From Candidatus Babeliales bacterium (GTDB taxonomy: Bacteria; Babelota; Babeliae; Babelales; JABCYS01), in NCBI GenBank assembly GCA_016929235.1, contig JAFGJD010000005.1:27810-91809 (forward strand): a stretch of DNA of 64,000 bases. The letters run 5' to 3'. Shown in pieces: positions 27,154 through 35,198 of this stretch. The translations under genes and the position numbers were made by a program. The notes under the pieces are model-generated. The model was given only the letters and a program-made list of their open reading frames with translations, had not been told where the DNA came from and did no database searches. The first letter of the stretch is position 1, and the number at the start of each line of letters is the position of its first letter.

Positions 27154-27186
27154 CTTACCTTAAGGCATGAAAGGATCATAGTAAAT

Positions 27187-27477
27187 ATGAAGTATATTCT
27201 CATAAGCAGCATGATGGTTTGTATTGGGAGTGCTGTGGGCATGGACCAACAGGATAACATTGCACAACGGCTTGCGCGACTTGAGCGGGCAGAAAAGCAA
27301 GCAAAAAAAAAGTTGTCCGCGGCTGAAAAAGAGCGCAGGAGGGCAGACCGAGAATGCGCTGCGGAGATGAGACGGGAAGAACAGACGCGGGAGAAACGCA
27401 TGCAACGATATGAGCAGGAGATAGGCGCAGATTATGATCTTACGCGATATAATCCTGGTGAGCATGATGATGATTAA
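27187..27477 (+). CDS. hypothetical small secreted charged protein
   Basis: 96 aa. Signal MKYILISSMMVCIGSAVG, then an E/R/K-rich helix and an acidic end GEHDDD. Confidence 0.5.
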   Translation: MKYILISSMMVCIGSAVGMDQQDNIAQRLARLERAEKQAKKKLSAAEKERRRADRECAAEMRREEQTREKRMQRYEQEIGADYDLTRYNPGEHDDD

Positions 27478-27589
27478 GTCTCTAGAGAAAAACAACTAAC
27501 AACTCGGTGCTCAATATGAGAAAATATGATACAGTAGAGCACTAATAATTAAGATGTAGTACGCACCATTGTTCGAGAGGAAAAAGAAA

Positions 27590-28126
27590 ATGGCTAGCTT
27601 TAATCGCGTTGTTATGATGGGCAACCTTACCCGTGATCCAGATTACAAACAACTTTCTTCTGGACAAGGCGTTTGCCGTTTGGGGATTGCATCAAATCGT
27701 CAATTTAAAAACAGACAAACTGGTGCTATGGTTCAAGAAGTATGTTTTGTAGACGTTGATGTTTGGGGTCCCCAAGCAGAAAGTTGTCGTCAGTACCTGC
27801 AAAAAGGGCGAGGCGTTCTTATTGAAGGACGTTTGAAGTTTGATACCTGGCAGGATCAAGATGGTAATGCACGGAACAAGCATTCGATTGTTGCTGATCG
27901 CGTGATCTTCATGGCGGCGACACAAGCCGATGAAACAGGGTTAAAATCTGAGTCATATTCGGGTATTGGTGATTCCGAAATGGAACAGGAACTTAATAAG
28001 CAAATTAATGAAGTAAAAGCTCGTACCAAATCTGCTCAAAAAACTTCCAAAGAGAAAACTTCAGGGCAGACTCAGGATTTCCAATTAGCTGACGAGCCTC
28101 CCTTTGAGGACGATTTGCCGTTCTAG
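27590..28126 (+). CDS. ssb: single-stranded DNA-binding protein
   Basis: OB-fold start MASFNRVVMMGNLTRDP. Acidic C-terminal tip FEDDLPF. Start at ATG 27590 (GAGAGG upstream). Confidence 0.92.
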   Translation: MASFNRVVMMGNLTRDPDYKQLSSGQGVCRLGIASNRQFKNRQTGAMVQEVCFVDVDVWGPQAESCRQYLQKGRGVLIEGRLKFDTWQDQDGNARNKHSIVADRVIFMAATQADETGLKSESYSGIGDSEMEQELNKQINEVKARTKSAQKTSKEKTSGQTQDFQLADEPPFEDDLPF

Positions 28127-28265
28127 CCTGATCTGGAGAGATTTTTGAGCTAGCTCTTATTGCGGTGGTATTTTACCTCTATCCCTGGGGACAAGTGTGT
28201 TTTAATCCAGCCTAATGTTGACAAATAGAATTCTCATATGAGAGGCTGAGATAAGAAACGTAGTC

Positions 28266-28754
28266 ATGAAAATGCAGTACATGCACAAGGGAGTAGATGG
28301 TATGTTCAACCGGAGAAATGTGCGCATCCTATGGGCGATTTTGGGATATTGTCATGTTATGGCAGTAGAACCTGCTTCTGTCGAGAACAGCCATGCTGTG
28401 CTTGTATTTGATCGGTTATTTCCAGAAACAGCATATAGTATTGCCTTCAAACAGTGCGTTACGATGTGGCAAACATTGCGAGCGCGTCGTGGTCTTGGGA
28501 TATCTGAAGAGCAAACCGGCGAGTTGGTTGACCATCTTGTCGCGCTTCACGGAGCTGTTGATTGCGTTATTGAACAAAGAAGTTGCTTGCTGGATGATAT
28601 TGAGTATTTATCTGACGTTGTTAGTACCATTGCAGATGAACATACGGGAAGTATTCCCAATGAACAAGATAGAACGGTCATTTGTTCACGAGTACTGTTA
28701 GAGCGGTTGCAGAAAAAATTAGAGGATGTTGTGGCTGCATGTGAGCGTACTTAA
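28266..28754 (+). CDS. hypothetical protein with signal-like N-terminus
   Basis: 162 aa. The start is uncertain (an alternative is ATG 28302, MFNRRNVRILWAILGYCHVMA). No family recognised. Confidence 0.45.
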   Translation: MKMQYMHKGVDGMFNRRNVRILWAILGYCHVMAVEPASVENSHAVLVFDRLFPETAYSIAFKQCVTMWQTLRARRGLGISEEQTGELVDHLVALHGAVDCVIEQRSCLLDDIEYLSDVVSTIADEHTGSIPNEQDRTVICSRVLLERLQKKLEDVVAACERT

Positions 28755-30040
28755 AAATGCCACGTCATATTGACTTCGCCAGCGGCTCCACCAGTCATAG
28801 TATTAAAGATTCTTTGCCCTCCCACAGGAATGTTCATAAGGAATGTAACATTCGGCATTGCGGTGTTTCCCTCAGCTCCTAAATCGAATTCCCAGACAAT
28901 ATGAATTACATGCATAGACCATGATTGTAGTTGTTCATCTCCATTGACCACTGGATAGGGAAATGTTCCGGTATTACTTGGTAAATATTTTGTTGAAAGT
29001 CGTTGATTAAATGAGTAGGCAGTGGTCCACGAAAATGCATCATGGATATGATCAAGTTTAACATAGGCACCAAGGTGCCAGACGGTTCCTGGACGAACAA
29101 GTGCCGTTCCCTTGGCTAGCTTAATAAACCCATTTTGTAATGAACTGGTGCGCATGCGCACTATTTTTTCTTTTTCACTAAAGATAATGCCACCAAGGTT
29201 GGCTCCAACAGTTAGCCACTCAAATGCACCCAATGATGCGTCAATCGAAAAGGGGAATCCATAGTGACCGTTGTACCCTGTGGGGAGATCAAATACTGAA
29301 TTCTCGTTTTTTTCATGGCCAGTTGGAAGCAGGATTCCGGTCTTGATTGTTGCATCGATGTAATCAAGTTCTCGAGTATCTTGATAGTTGGTGGTCCAGC
29401 CTGCCATGATTGTAATATCACCAAACCCAGTTGTTTCAACGCGTCCAGCAGTTAATCCATAGTGAGCGAGAATGGTTTGATACCCTCCAAGAAAATCCAG
29501 CCATGTCTGAGTATATCGATGAGGCTCAATATTGTCGGCAGGTGTCTTATCATTAAAGCCGATCATTTCAATTTTGAGCTGTCGTATTGGCATATAGACT
29601 TCTCCAAAGAATCCCTTTGTAAAATTCTGTTGAACAAGTAGCGCCCCCTCAAACAGAGAAAATTGACCAAAATATTTTACTTGGCCAAAAGTCCCACGGT
29701 CAGGGAGATCATTAAGATTATTGACCAGAGTTTCGAGAGGATTTCCGGCAGAGACACTAGGGACGTTGTCGCCTATGTGATGGAGATTCTCAAAGCCATA
29801 GAGATTAAGTAGAGTGGACTCCTTGTTTCCTGAGCTATTACGGCTGGTAGATGCAGAGCCGCCGGTCAGGAGCATCGCAGCTGTGGAGAGGCTTGGGCGT
29901 TCGAATCTCGGTTCACCCCAAAAAAGGGGTGGGCGATAAAAATGGGCATTATCCCGGCAGATGGCCATATGAAAACATGTCATGAGCGGGAATAAAGAAA
30001 GCGCCTTAAGCGCCCTAATAAAGCCTCGACCCAGTTTCAA
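28751..30040 (-). CDS. putative outer-membrane beta-barrel protein
   Basis: 429 aa. Alternating hydrophobic pattern. C-terminal aromatic beta-signal ...EVNMTWHF. TTG start, and the signal region is uncertain. Confidence 0.45.
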   Translation of the reverse strand: MKLGRGFIRALKALSLFPLMTCFHMAICRDNAHFYRPPLFWGEPRFERPSLSTAAMLLTGGSASTSRNSSGNKESTLLNLYGFENLHHIGDNVPSVSAGNPLETLVNNLNDLPDRGTFGQVKYFGQFSLFEGALLVQQNFTKGFFGEVYMPIRQLKIEMIGFNDKTPADNIEPHRYTQTWLDFLGGYQTILAHYGLTAGRVETTGFGDITIMAGWTTNYQDTRELDYIDATIKTGILLPTGHEKNENSVFDLPTGYNGHYGFPFSIDASLGAFEWLTVGANLGGIIFSEKEKIVRMRTSSLQNGFIKLAKGTALVRPGTVWHLGAYVKLDHIHDAFSWTTAYSFNQRLSTKYLPSNTGTFPYPVVNGDEQLQSWSMHVIHIVWEFDLGAEGNTAMPNVTFLMNIPVGGQRIFNTMTGGAAGEVNMTWHF

Positions 30041-30123
30041 GGATAGTCCTTTTTTCTAATCTACAATGTCCCGTAATGTATAGAACAAATAGCTGCAAAA
30101 GAAAAGGGGACTTTACCGAGTTC

Positions 30124-30151
30124 TTGTGGGGGAAATCAAGTCTGGTATACT
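30124..30151 (+). promoter_or_regulatory. candidate sigma70-type promoter of grpE
   Basis: TTGTGG - 16 nt - TATACT, about 45 nt upstream of the grpE ATG. Confidence 0.3.
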
Positions 30152-30196
30152 AATCCGTAGAGGGTCCCAGAATAGAAACCGTTAAGGACAAGGTGT

Positions 30197-30742
30197 ATGA
30201 GTATATCCAACGATCATAAGCAATCCGCAAATCAAGAAGCACATTCTATTACAACAGAATCAGTACAAATGGCTGCGGAAGAACAGCCTGATCCCTTAGC
30301 CAGTTGCCAAAATGAGCTGGTTGAATGGAAAAACCGCTGTTTACGTGCGACGGCTGATTTTGAAAATTTCAAGAAACGAACCGAAAAAGAAAAGGTGAAC
30401 TGGATCAAGATGGCTCAGGGTAACCTGATTCAAGATCTCCTCGAGGTGATTGATGACTTTGAGCGGGCTCTCAATCAGACACATGAAAATGGTTCTGAGC
30501 AAGAGCTCGATGCATGGCTTAGGGGATTCAAGTTGACTAGTAAGTCTTTATATAAATTCCTTGAAAAATTTGATGTTACTGAGATTACTGAACATGAACA
30601 TTTCAACCCTGAATTTCACGAAGCAGTTCTACATGTTGAATCTCCAGACCATATTTCTGGAGCGATTGTCGACGTGATCCAGAAGGGATACATGTTCAAG
30701 GATATGGTGTTGCGTCCCGCAAAAGTATCGGTTGCTAAATAA
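30197..30742 (+). CDS. grpE: nucleotide exchange factor GrpE
   Basis: 181 aa. RATADFENFKKRTEKE and a C-terminal beta-domain pattern. Confidence 0.9.
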   Translation: MSISNDHKQSANQEAHSITTESVQMAAEEQPDPLASCQNELVEWKNRCLRATADFENFKKRTEKEKVNWIKMAQGNLIQDLLEVIDDFERALNQTHENGSEQELDAWLRGFKLTSKSLYKFLEKFDVTEITEHEHFNPEFHEAVLHVESPDHISGAIVDVIQKGYMFKDMVLRPAKVSVAK

Positions 30743-30758
30743 ACCTTGCTGCCAGTTT

Positions 30759-31520
30759 TTATTTTTGCGCTTCGATATGAAGCAGCGGTGTGACAAGATC
30801 AATTGAGCGATCTTTGCTTTTCTTTTGACCTGTATACATGCGGTCTACAATGGCGTTTGTAAACATTTGTGATTTATTATGTGATAGCCCTGTTGCGTAT
30901 GGTACCCATGCCATCAACCACTGAGCAAGACTTTCTGCATTGCTAAATGAAGAAACAGCATCCATTGATGTGATAGTGATGTTTTTAAATCCAGCCTCGG
31001 TTAATAATGTATGATACACATCAGCTGATTGCGCATAAAAGATATTGCCTTTAATCGGACATTGTTGTTTCCAGTAGGGGTCATTAAATATTGTGGCTAT
31101 GTCCCTGTTCTCTCCACCAGTAGTTCGTATAAGTAGCCGCCCTCCAGGATGAAGCGCGTTGTACATATTGTTCAATGCTGCTCGTTGGTCCCTTATCCAG
31201 TGCAATGTTGAAAAACTGACAATTAGATCGTATGTATTACGAATATCCAATATTTGAATGTCAGCTTTCTGGAATGTGAGATTTTGTATATCGTGATGTA
31301 GTTCTTGTGCGTAGCCGATCATGTCCTGGGAATTATCAATGCCCAGGACTTGTCCATTGGGAACGAGCTCCGCAATTGTCGCTGTGACTCTGCCATCGCC
31401 ACAACCGACATCTAGGACTTGTTCTGTGCCACCAAAGGTATGCGAGTCAAGTGCGTCATAGGCACTTTCTTCCTGAGGAACAGAATGTTTAGTGTAATGT
31501 TTTCCACACCACTTTGTCAT
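30759..31520 (-). CDS. class I SAM-dependent methyltransferase
   Basis: Motif I VLDVGCGDGRVT and post-I acidic GIDNS. 253 aa. Confidence 0.8.
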   Translation of the reverse strand: MTKWCGKHYTKHSVPQEESAYDALDSHTFGGTEQVLDVGCGDGRVTATIAELVPNGQVLGIDNSQDMIGYAQELHHDIQNLTFQKADIQILDIRNTYDLIVSFSTLHWIRDQRAALNNMYNALHPGGRLLIRTTGGENRDIATIFNDPYWKQQCPIKGNIFYAQSADVYHTLLTEAGFKNITITSMDAVSSFSNAESLAQWLMAWVPYATGLSHNKSQMFTNAIVDRMYTGQKKSKDRSIDLVTPLLHIEAQK

Positions 31521-31524
31521 GGCG

Positions 31525-32592
31525 TTACCTTAAATAGATCGCCAAAGTAATCTCAATGAAAATCAACAGTGCGATTAACAGCGATAGTAAATCTTCTCGT
31601 GCGCCGTCAATGCGGTTGAAGTATACCGTTCGGACATCTTTGATGATGGCTAGTTTTTTATCGATTGAATCCTTCCAGCTCTTGAGATCTAATTTGTCTA
31701 CTAGCAACGAATAGATCTCGGTAAAGTAGGGTTCTCCGACGAGTTTGATACTACTTTCTAGTCGTTCTGTAATTACAGATATATCAACTTTGAGCCGTCC
31801 TAGATCACCAATTGGATGTGTTGAGCCTACAAATGGTAGATATGCCTTGAAGGGAGGCTTTGTTGCTTCTTGTTCATAGACATTATAAAGCTGTCGATCT
31901 AACACGCGATCAAAATACTGAAGCTCAAGCTTGTGTAAGTTTGAGAACTCGAATAGATCAAGAATTTCATAATATTCTGCGTCGTACGTGAACGCGGCTT
32001 CGGTATCAATAATGATCAGATCGCCACGATAGTATCCGGTTGCATCAGCAAGGATCTCTTCTTTTTGGAATTCAGATAATGATTCAGTTTCAAATCGTAG
32101 CGCTGACGCGATGATACCACCGTACTTGTTTTTCAATTCAGTGGCCGACACTTCTGGGTTTGGATCGACCTGGATTACAAAGTAGGACGAACGAAGATGA
32201 AAGAAATGTGGCTGCTTAATAAAATCTTTAATCTTTTTATATACAAGGACCGCATCGCTGTGACTTTGTTTTTGTGAATCATTATAAATAGTAATCAGCT
32301 TTTTCCTGATATTGTCGAGTGTATCATTAAACGGAATTTGATAGGTTAACGACAATACGCCAAAGTGGTGTAGCTTGCTGCTTACACATCTAGAACGAGC
32401 ATTGTGTGGATGTGGCAACTCAATTGAAAGTGGCGCATGATAGTTTTTAAAATACTTTGGCTGTGATAGCGGGAGAAGCTGCACGCGCTGTGATTCTTTG
32501 ATGGAGTCAAGATTAATTTCATCACCAAAATCAAATGCGTGGAATATAAAAAGATTTCCAGAAAAAACATAATCGTTCTTGTGTATTGTCAT
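31525..32592 (-). CDS. hypothetical protein with C-terminal TM helix (possibly DUF155/RMD1-like)
   Basis: 355 aa. The C-terminal LLSLLIALLIFIEITLAIYL resembles the DUF155 tail. Weak call. Lies 4 nt upstream of the methyltransferase. Confidence 0.35.
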   Translation of the reverse strand: MTIHKNDYVFSGNLFIFHAFDFGDEINLDSIKESQRVQLLPLSQPKYFKNYHAPLSIELPHPHNARSRCVSSKLHHFGVLSLTYQIPFNDTLDNIRKKLITIYNDSQKQSHSDAVLVYKKIKDFIKQPHFFHLRSSYFVIQVDPNPEVSATELKNKYGGIIASALRFETESLSEFQKEEILADATGYYRGDLIIIDTEAAFTYDAEYYEILDLFEFSNLHKLELQYFDRVLDRQLYNVYEQEATKPPFKAYLPFVGSTHPIGDLGRLKVDISVITERLESSIKLVGEPYFTEIYSLLVDKLDLKSWKDSIDKKLAIIKDVRTVYFNRIDGAREDLLSLLIALLIFIEITLAIYLR

Positions 32593-32602
32593 GATGTATT
32601 CC

Positions 32603-34423
32603 TTATTTTTTCAGGATGCTTAGGAATGCTTCTTGTGGTACATCCACATTGCCGATTTTTTTCATACGTTTTTTACCGGCTTTTTGTTTTTCAAGTAATT
32701 TTCGTTTTCGTGTGATATCGCCGCCATAACATTTGGCAATCACGTCTTTGCGTAACGGTGATAGCGTTTCGCGTGCAAGAACTTTTGAGCCAATAGCCGC
32801 CTGGATAGCAACCTGGAATAATTGTCGTGGAATTACCTTGCGCAAGCGTTGAACCATATCACGACCAATATAATATGCGTTATCTCTATGTGTGATAAAT
32901 GTGAGTGCATCAACTGCTTTGCCATTTAAAAGAATATCCATTTTGACTAAGTCGGCTGGTTCGTAACCTGATTCTTCATAATCAAAGCTTGCATAGCCCG
33001 AGGTTAGTGACTTGAGTTGATCATAAAAATCTGTAGCAACTTCAGTCAGTGGTAATTTGTATCTGAGAATAAGTCTGTTTTCGGTCAGAAATCGCATATC
33101 GAGTTGCTGCCCGCGTTTTTCCGTACACAGCTTGATAATGTTACCGAGATACTGTTGTGGAAGAATGATGGTTGCATCAATCATGGGTTCATAGATGACA
33201 TCGATTTTGTTTGGTTCGGGGAAATCCGCTGGATTTTCTATATCAATCATTTTATCTGTGTTGGCGAGTTTAATTTTATAAAGAACGTTTGGTGCTGTCG
33301 CAATGACAGACATGCCATATTCTTGTTCTAGTCGTTCTTTGAATACGTCCATGTGCAGCAGGCCAAGAAATCCGCAGTGGAACCCGACACCTAGTGCTGC
33401 GGATGTTTTCTTTTGTACGGACACACTCGCATCATTGAGTGTCAATTTTTCAATAGCTTCCCTGAGCTGTTCAAACTCCGTTGTATCAACAGGATAGATT
33501 CCTGCAAACACCATTGGCTTTGCCGGTTTGAATCCTGGGAAAGCCTTGCCGATATTGGTTGCGTGGAAGATGGTATCTCCGACACGAGCTTCCTGCACGG
33601 TTTTCATCCCGGTAATGATGTATCCAACTTGTCCTGCATATAATGCATCAGTTGGTGTTTGATCTGGATGCATCAGACCAAGTTCGAGAATTTCATACTT
33701 TTTACCACTTTGTGCAAGTGTGACTGTATCGCCTTTTTTCAGTACTCCGTTTTTGAGTGCAACCAGACAGACAACGCCTCGATAATCGTCATACCATGAA
33801 TCGAATAATAAGGCTTTGAGTGGTTCTGCTAAAGCGCCTTGTGGCGCGGGGATATGTTCGATGATGGCATCAAGAACATCTGTCATTCCCTGTCCCGTTT
33901 TGGCAGAAGCAAGAATGATATCTTTTTGTTCGAAGTCGAACAATGTTTTCATTTCACCCATGACTCGTTTTGGGTCTGCATTACTCATATCAATTTTGTT
34001 GATAATAGGGATAATGCTGAGATCTTGATCAAAGGCGAGATAAAAGTTTGCCATAGTTTGAGCTTGTACGCCTTGGCATGCATCAACAAGTAGAAGCGCT
34101 CCCTGGCAAGCATACAATGATCGTGAGACTTCATAGCTAAAATCGACGTGGCCTGGAGTATCAATCAAGTTCAACAAATATTGCTCACCCTTATAGGTAT
34201 AGAACATAGATGCAGTTTGTGCTTTCACGGTAATGCCACGTTCTTTTTCTACCTGGAGCTTGTCTAAAAATTGTTCGTTTTTTGTTCTGGTAGATACCGT
34301 GCCCGTGATTTCCAAAAGTCGATCAGAAAGGGTCGATTTTCCGTGATCGATATGTGCAATCACAGAAAAATTCCTGATGCGCTCAGGCGGGAATGACTGT
34401 AAATCTTTACTAGGTAATGCCAT
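32603..34423 (-). CDS. lepA: translation elongation factor 4
   Basis: 606 aa. G-motifs AHIDHGKST, DTPGHVDF and NKID. LepA-specific C-terminal domain. Confidence 0.95.
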   Translation of the reverse strand: MALPSKDLQSFPPERIRNFSVIAHIDHGKSTLSDRLLEITGTVSTRTKNEQFLDKLQVEKERGITVKAQTASMFYTYKGEQYLLNLIDTPGHVDFSYEVSRSLYACQGALLLVDACQGVQAQTMANFYLAFDQDLSIIPIINKIDMSNADPKRVMGEMKTLFDFEQKDIILASAKTGQGMTDVLDAIIEHIPAPQGALAEPLKALLFDSWYDDYRGVVCLVALKNGVLKKGDTVTLAQSGKKYEILELGLMHPDQTPTDALYAGQVGYIITGMKTVQEARVGDTIFHATNIGKAFPGFKPAKPMVFAGIYPVDTTEFEQLREAIEKLTLNDASVSVQKKTSAALGVGFHCGFLGLLHMDVFKERLEQEYGMSVIATAPNVLYKIKLANTDKMIDIENPADFPEPNKIDVIYEPMIDATIILPQQYLGNIIKLCTEKRGQQLDMRFLTENRLILRYKLPLTEVATDFYDQLKSLTSGYASFDYEESGYEPADLVKMDILLNGKAVDALTFITHRDNAYYIGRDMVQRLRKVIPRQLFQVAIQAAIGSKVLARETLSPLRKDVIAKCYGGDITRKRKLLEKQKAGKKRMKKIGNVDVPQEAFLSILKK

Positions 34424-34535
34424 GATTTTTTCTCTACTCTATGGAGTGACTGTCCAGAGTCTCAAGCGGACAGGTTGCGCGTATACTCAAAAGTGTATGG
34501 AAATGCTGTGGCTTTGCAACTATTTGCCAAGAGGA

Positions 34536-35198
34536 CTAGCTTCCCAAATTATTCAGATCCGCTGCAATGTCATTCATAGGATCATACGTGATAGTATTGT
34601 CAGTACTCATCTGGATGAGATGGTTCATGATGCGCTCCCAGAGTTGATCTTGTAGCTCATAGGCGTATGGATGAAATGCCCCGAGGACTTCCAATGCGTT
34701 GAGGCCCTCTTTGTTTCTATGTTGTGCGTCTTCAGGCGGAAGATTTTGTAAAAGAACTTCAATGACCTTTGCCTCTGCTGGGATTCCGAACCACAAATCA
34801 CGGGGCACACTTATTAGCATGGGGAAGCTTACCAGCCATGCATAGACTGCCATCGTAGGAGATTTTTCAGAAATAAGATAAGCGAGGGCAGAAAGTAAGG
34901 TGCTTCCCATAAGTGAATTGGTGATGCGCCTTCCGAAATCTTTGCCAGTTCCTTTTATTTTGCTGATCATAGAGTTTCCATAGATACGCATTGCTGCCGT
35001 CAGTGGTGGATCCTCATATTGGCCCACACGAGTTGAAAGATTGGCACCACGCTGAATAGCATTGTGAACGAGCCTTGGCTTGCTTTGCATAATACCAGTC
35101 CATAGGTCACGCGTTGCTTGGGAGGGCGTCGCAGATATGGCCAGGTCGGTGCAGTTCCACAGAAATAGTACGGTTGCTACAAGATATGTTTGCTTCAT
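34536..35198 (-). CDS. hypothetical signal-peptide protein with ankyrin-like motifs and hydrophobic segments
   Basis: 220 aa. Signal MKQTYLVATVLFLWNCTDLAISA. ANK-like LVHNAIQRGANLSTRVGQYEDPPLTAAM and NKEGLNALEVL. The ATG directly abuts the stop codon of the Lon gene. Confidence 0.55.
   Translation of the reverse strand: MKQTYLVATVLFLWNCTDLAISATPSQATRDLWTGIMQSKPRLVHNAIQRGANLSTRVGQYEDPPLTAAMRIYGNSMISKIKGTGKDFGRRITNSLMGSTLLSALAYLISEKSPTMAVYAWLVSFPMLISVPRDLWFGIPAEAKVIEVLLQNLPPEDAQHRNKEGLNALEVLGAFHPYAYELQDQLWERIMNHLIQMSTDNTITYDPMNDIAADLNNLGS

Noticed and set aside
27507-27542. Inverted repeat GTGCTC-N24-GAGCAC upstream of ssb, with GAGCACTAA vaguely like a CIRCE half-site
   Set aside because: It differs from TTAGCACTC-N9-GAGTGCTAA in both sequence and spacing, and it precedes ssb rather than a chaperone gene.
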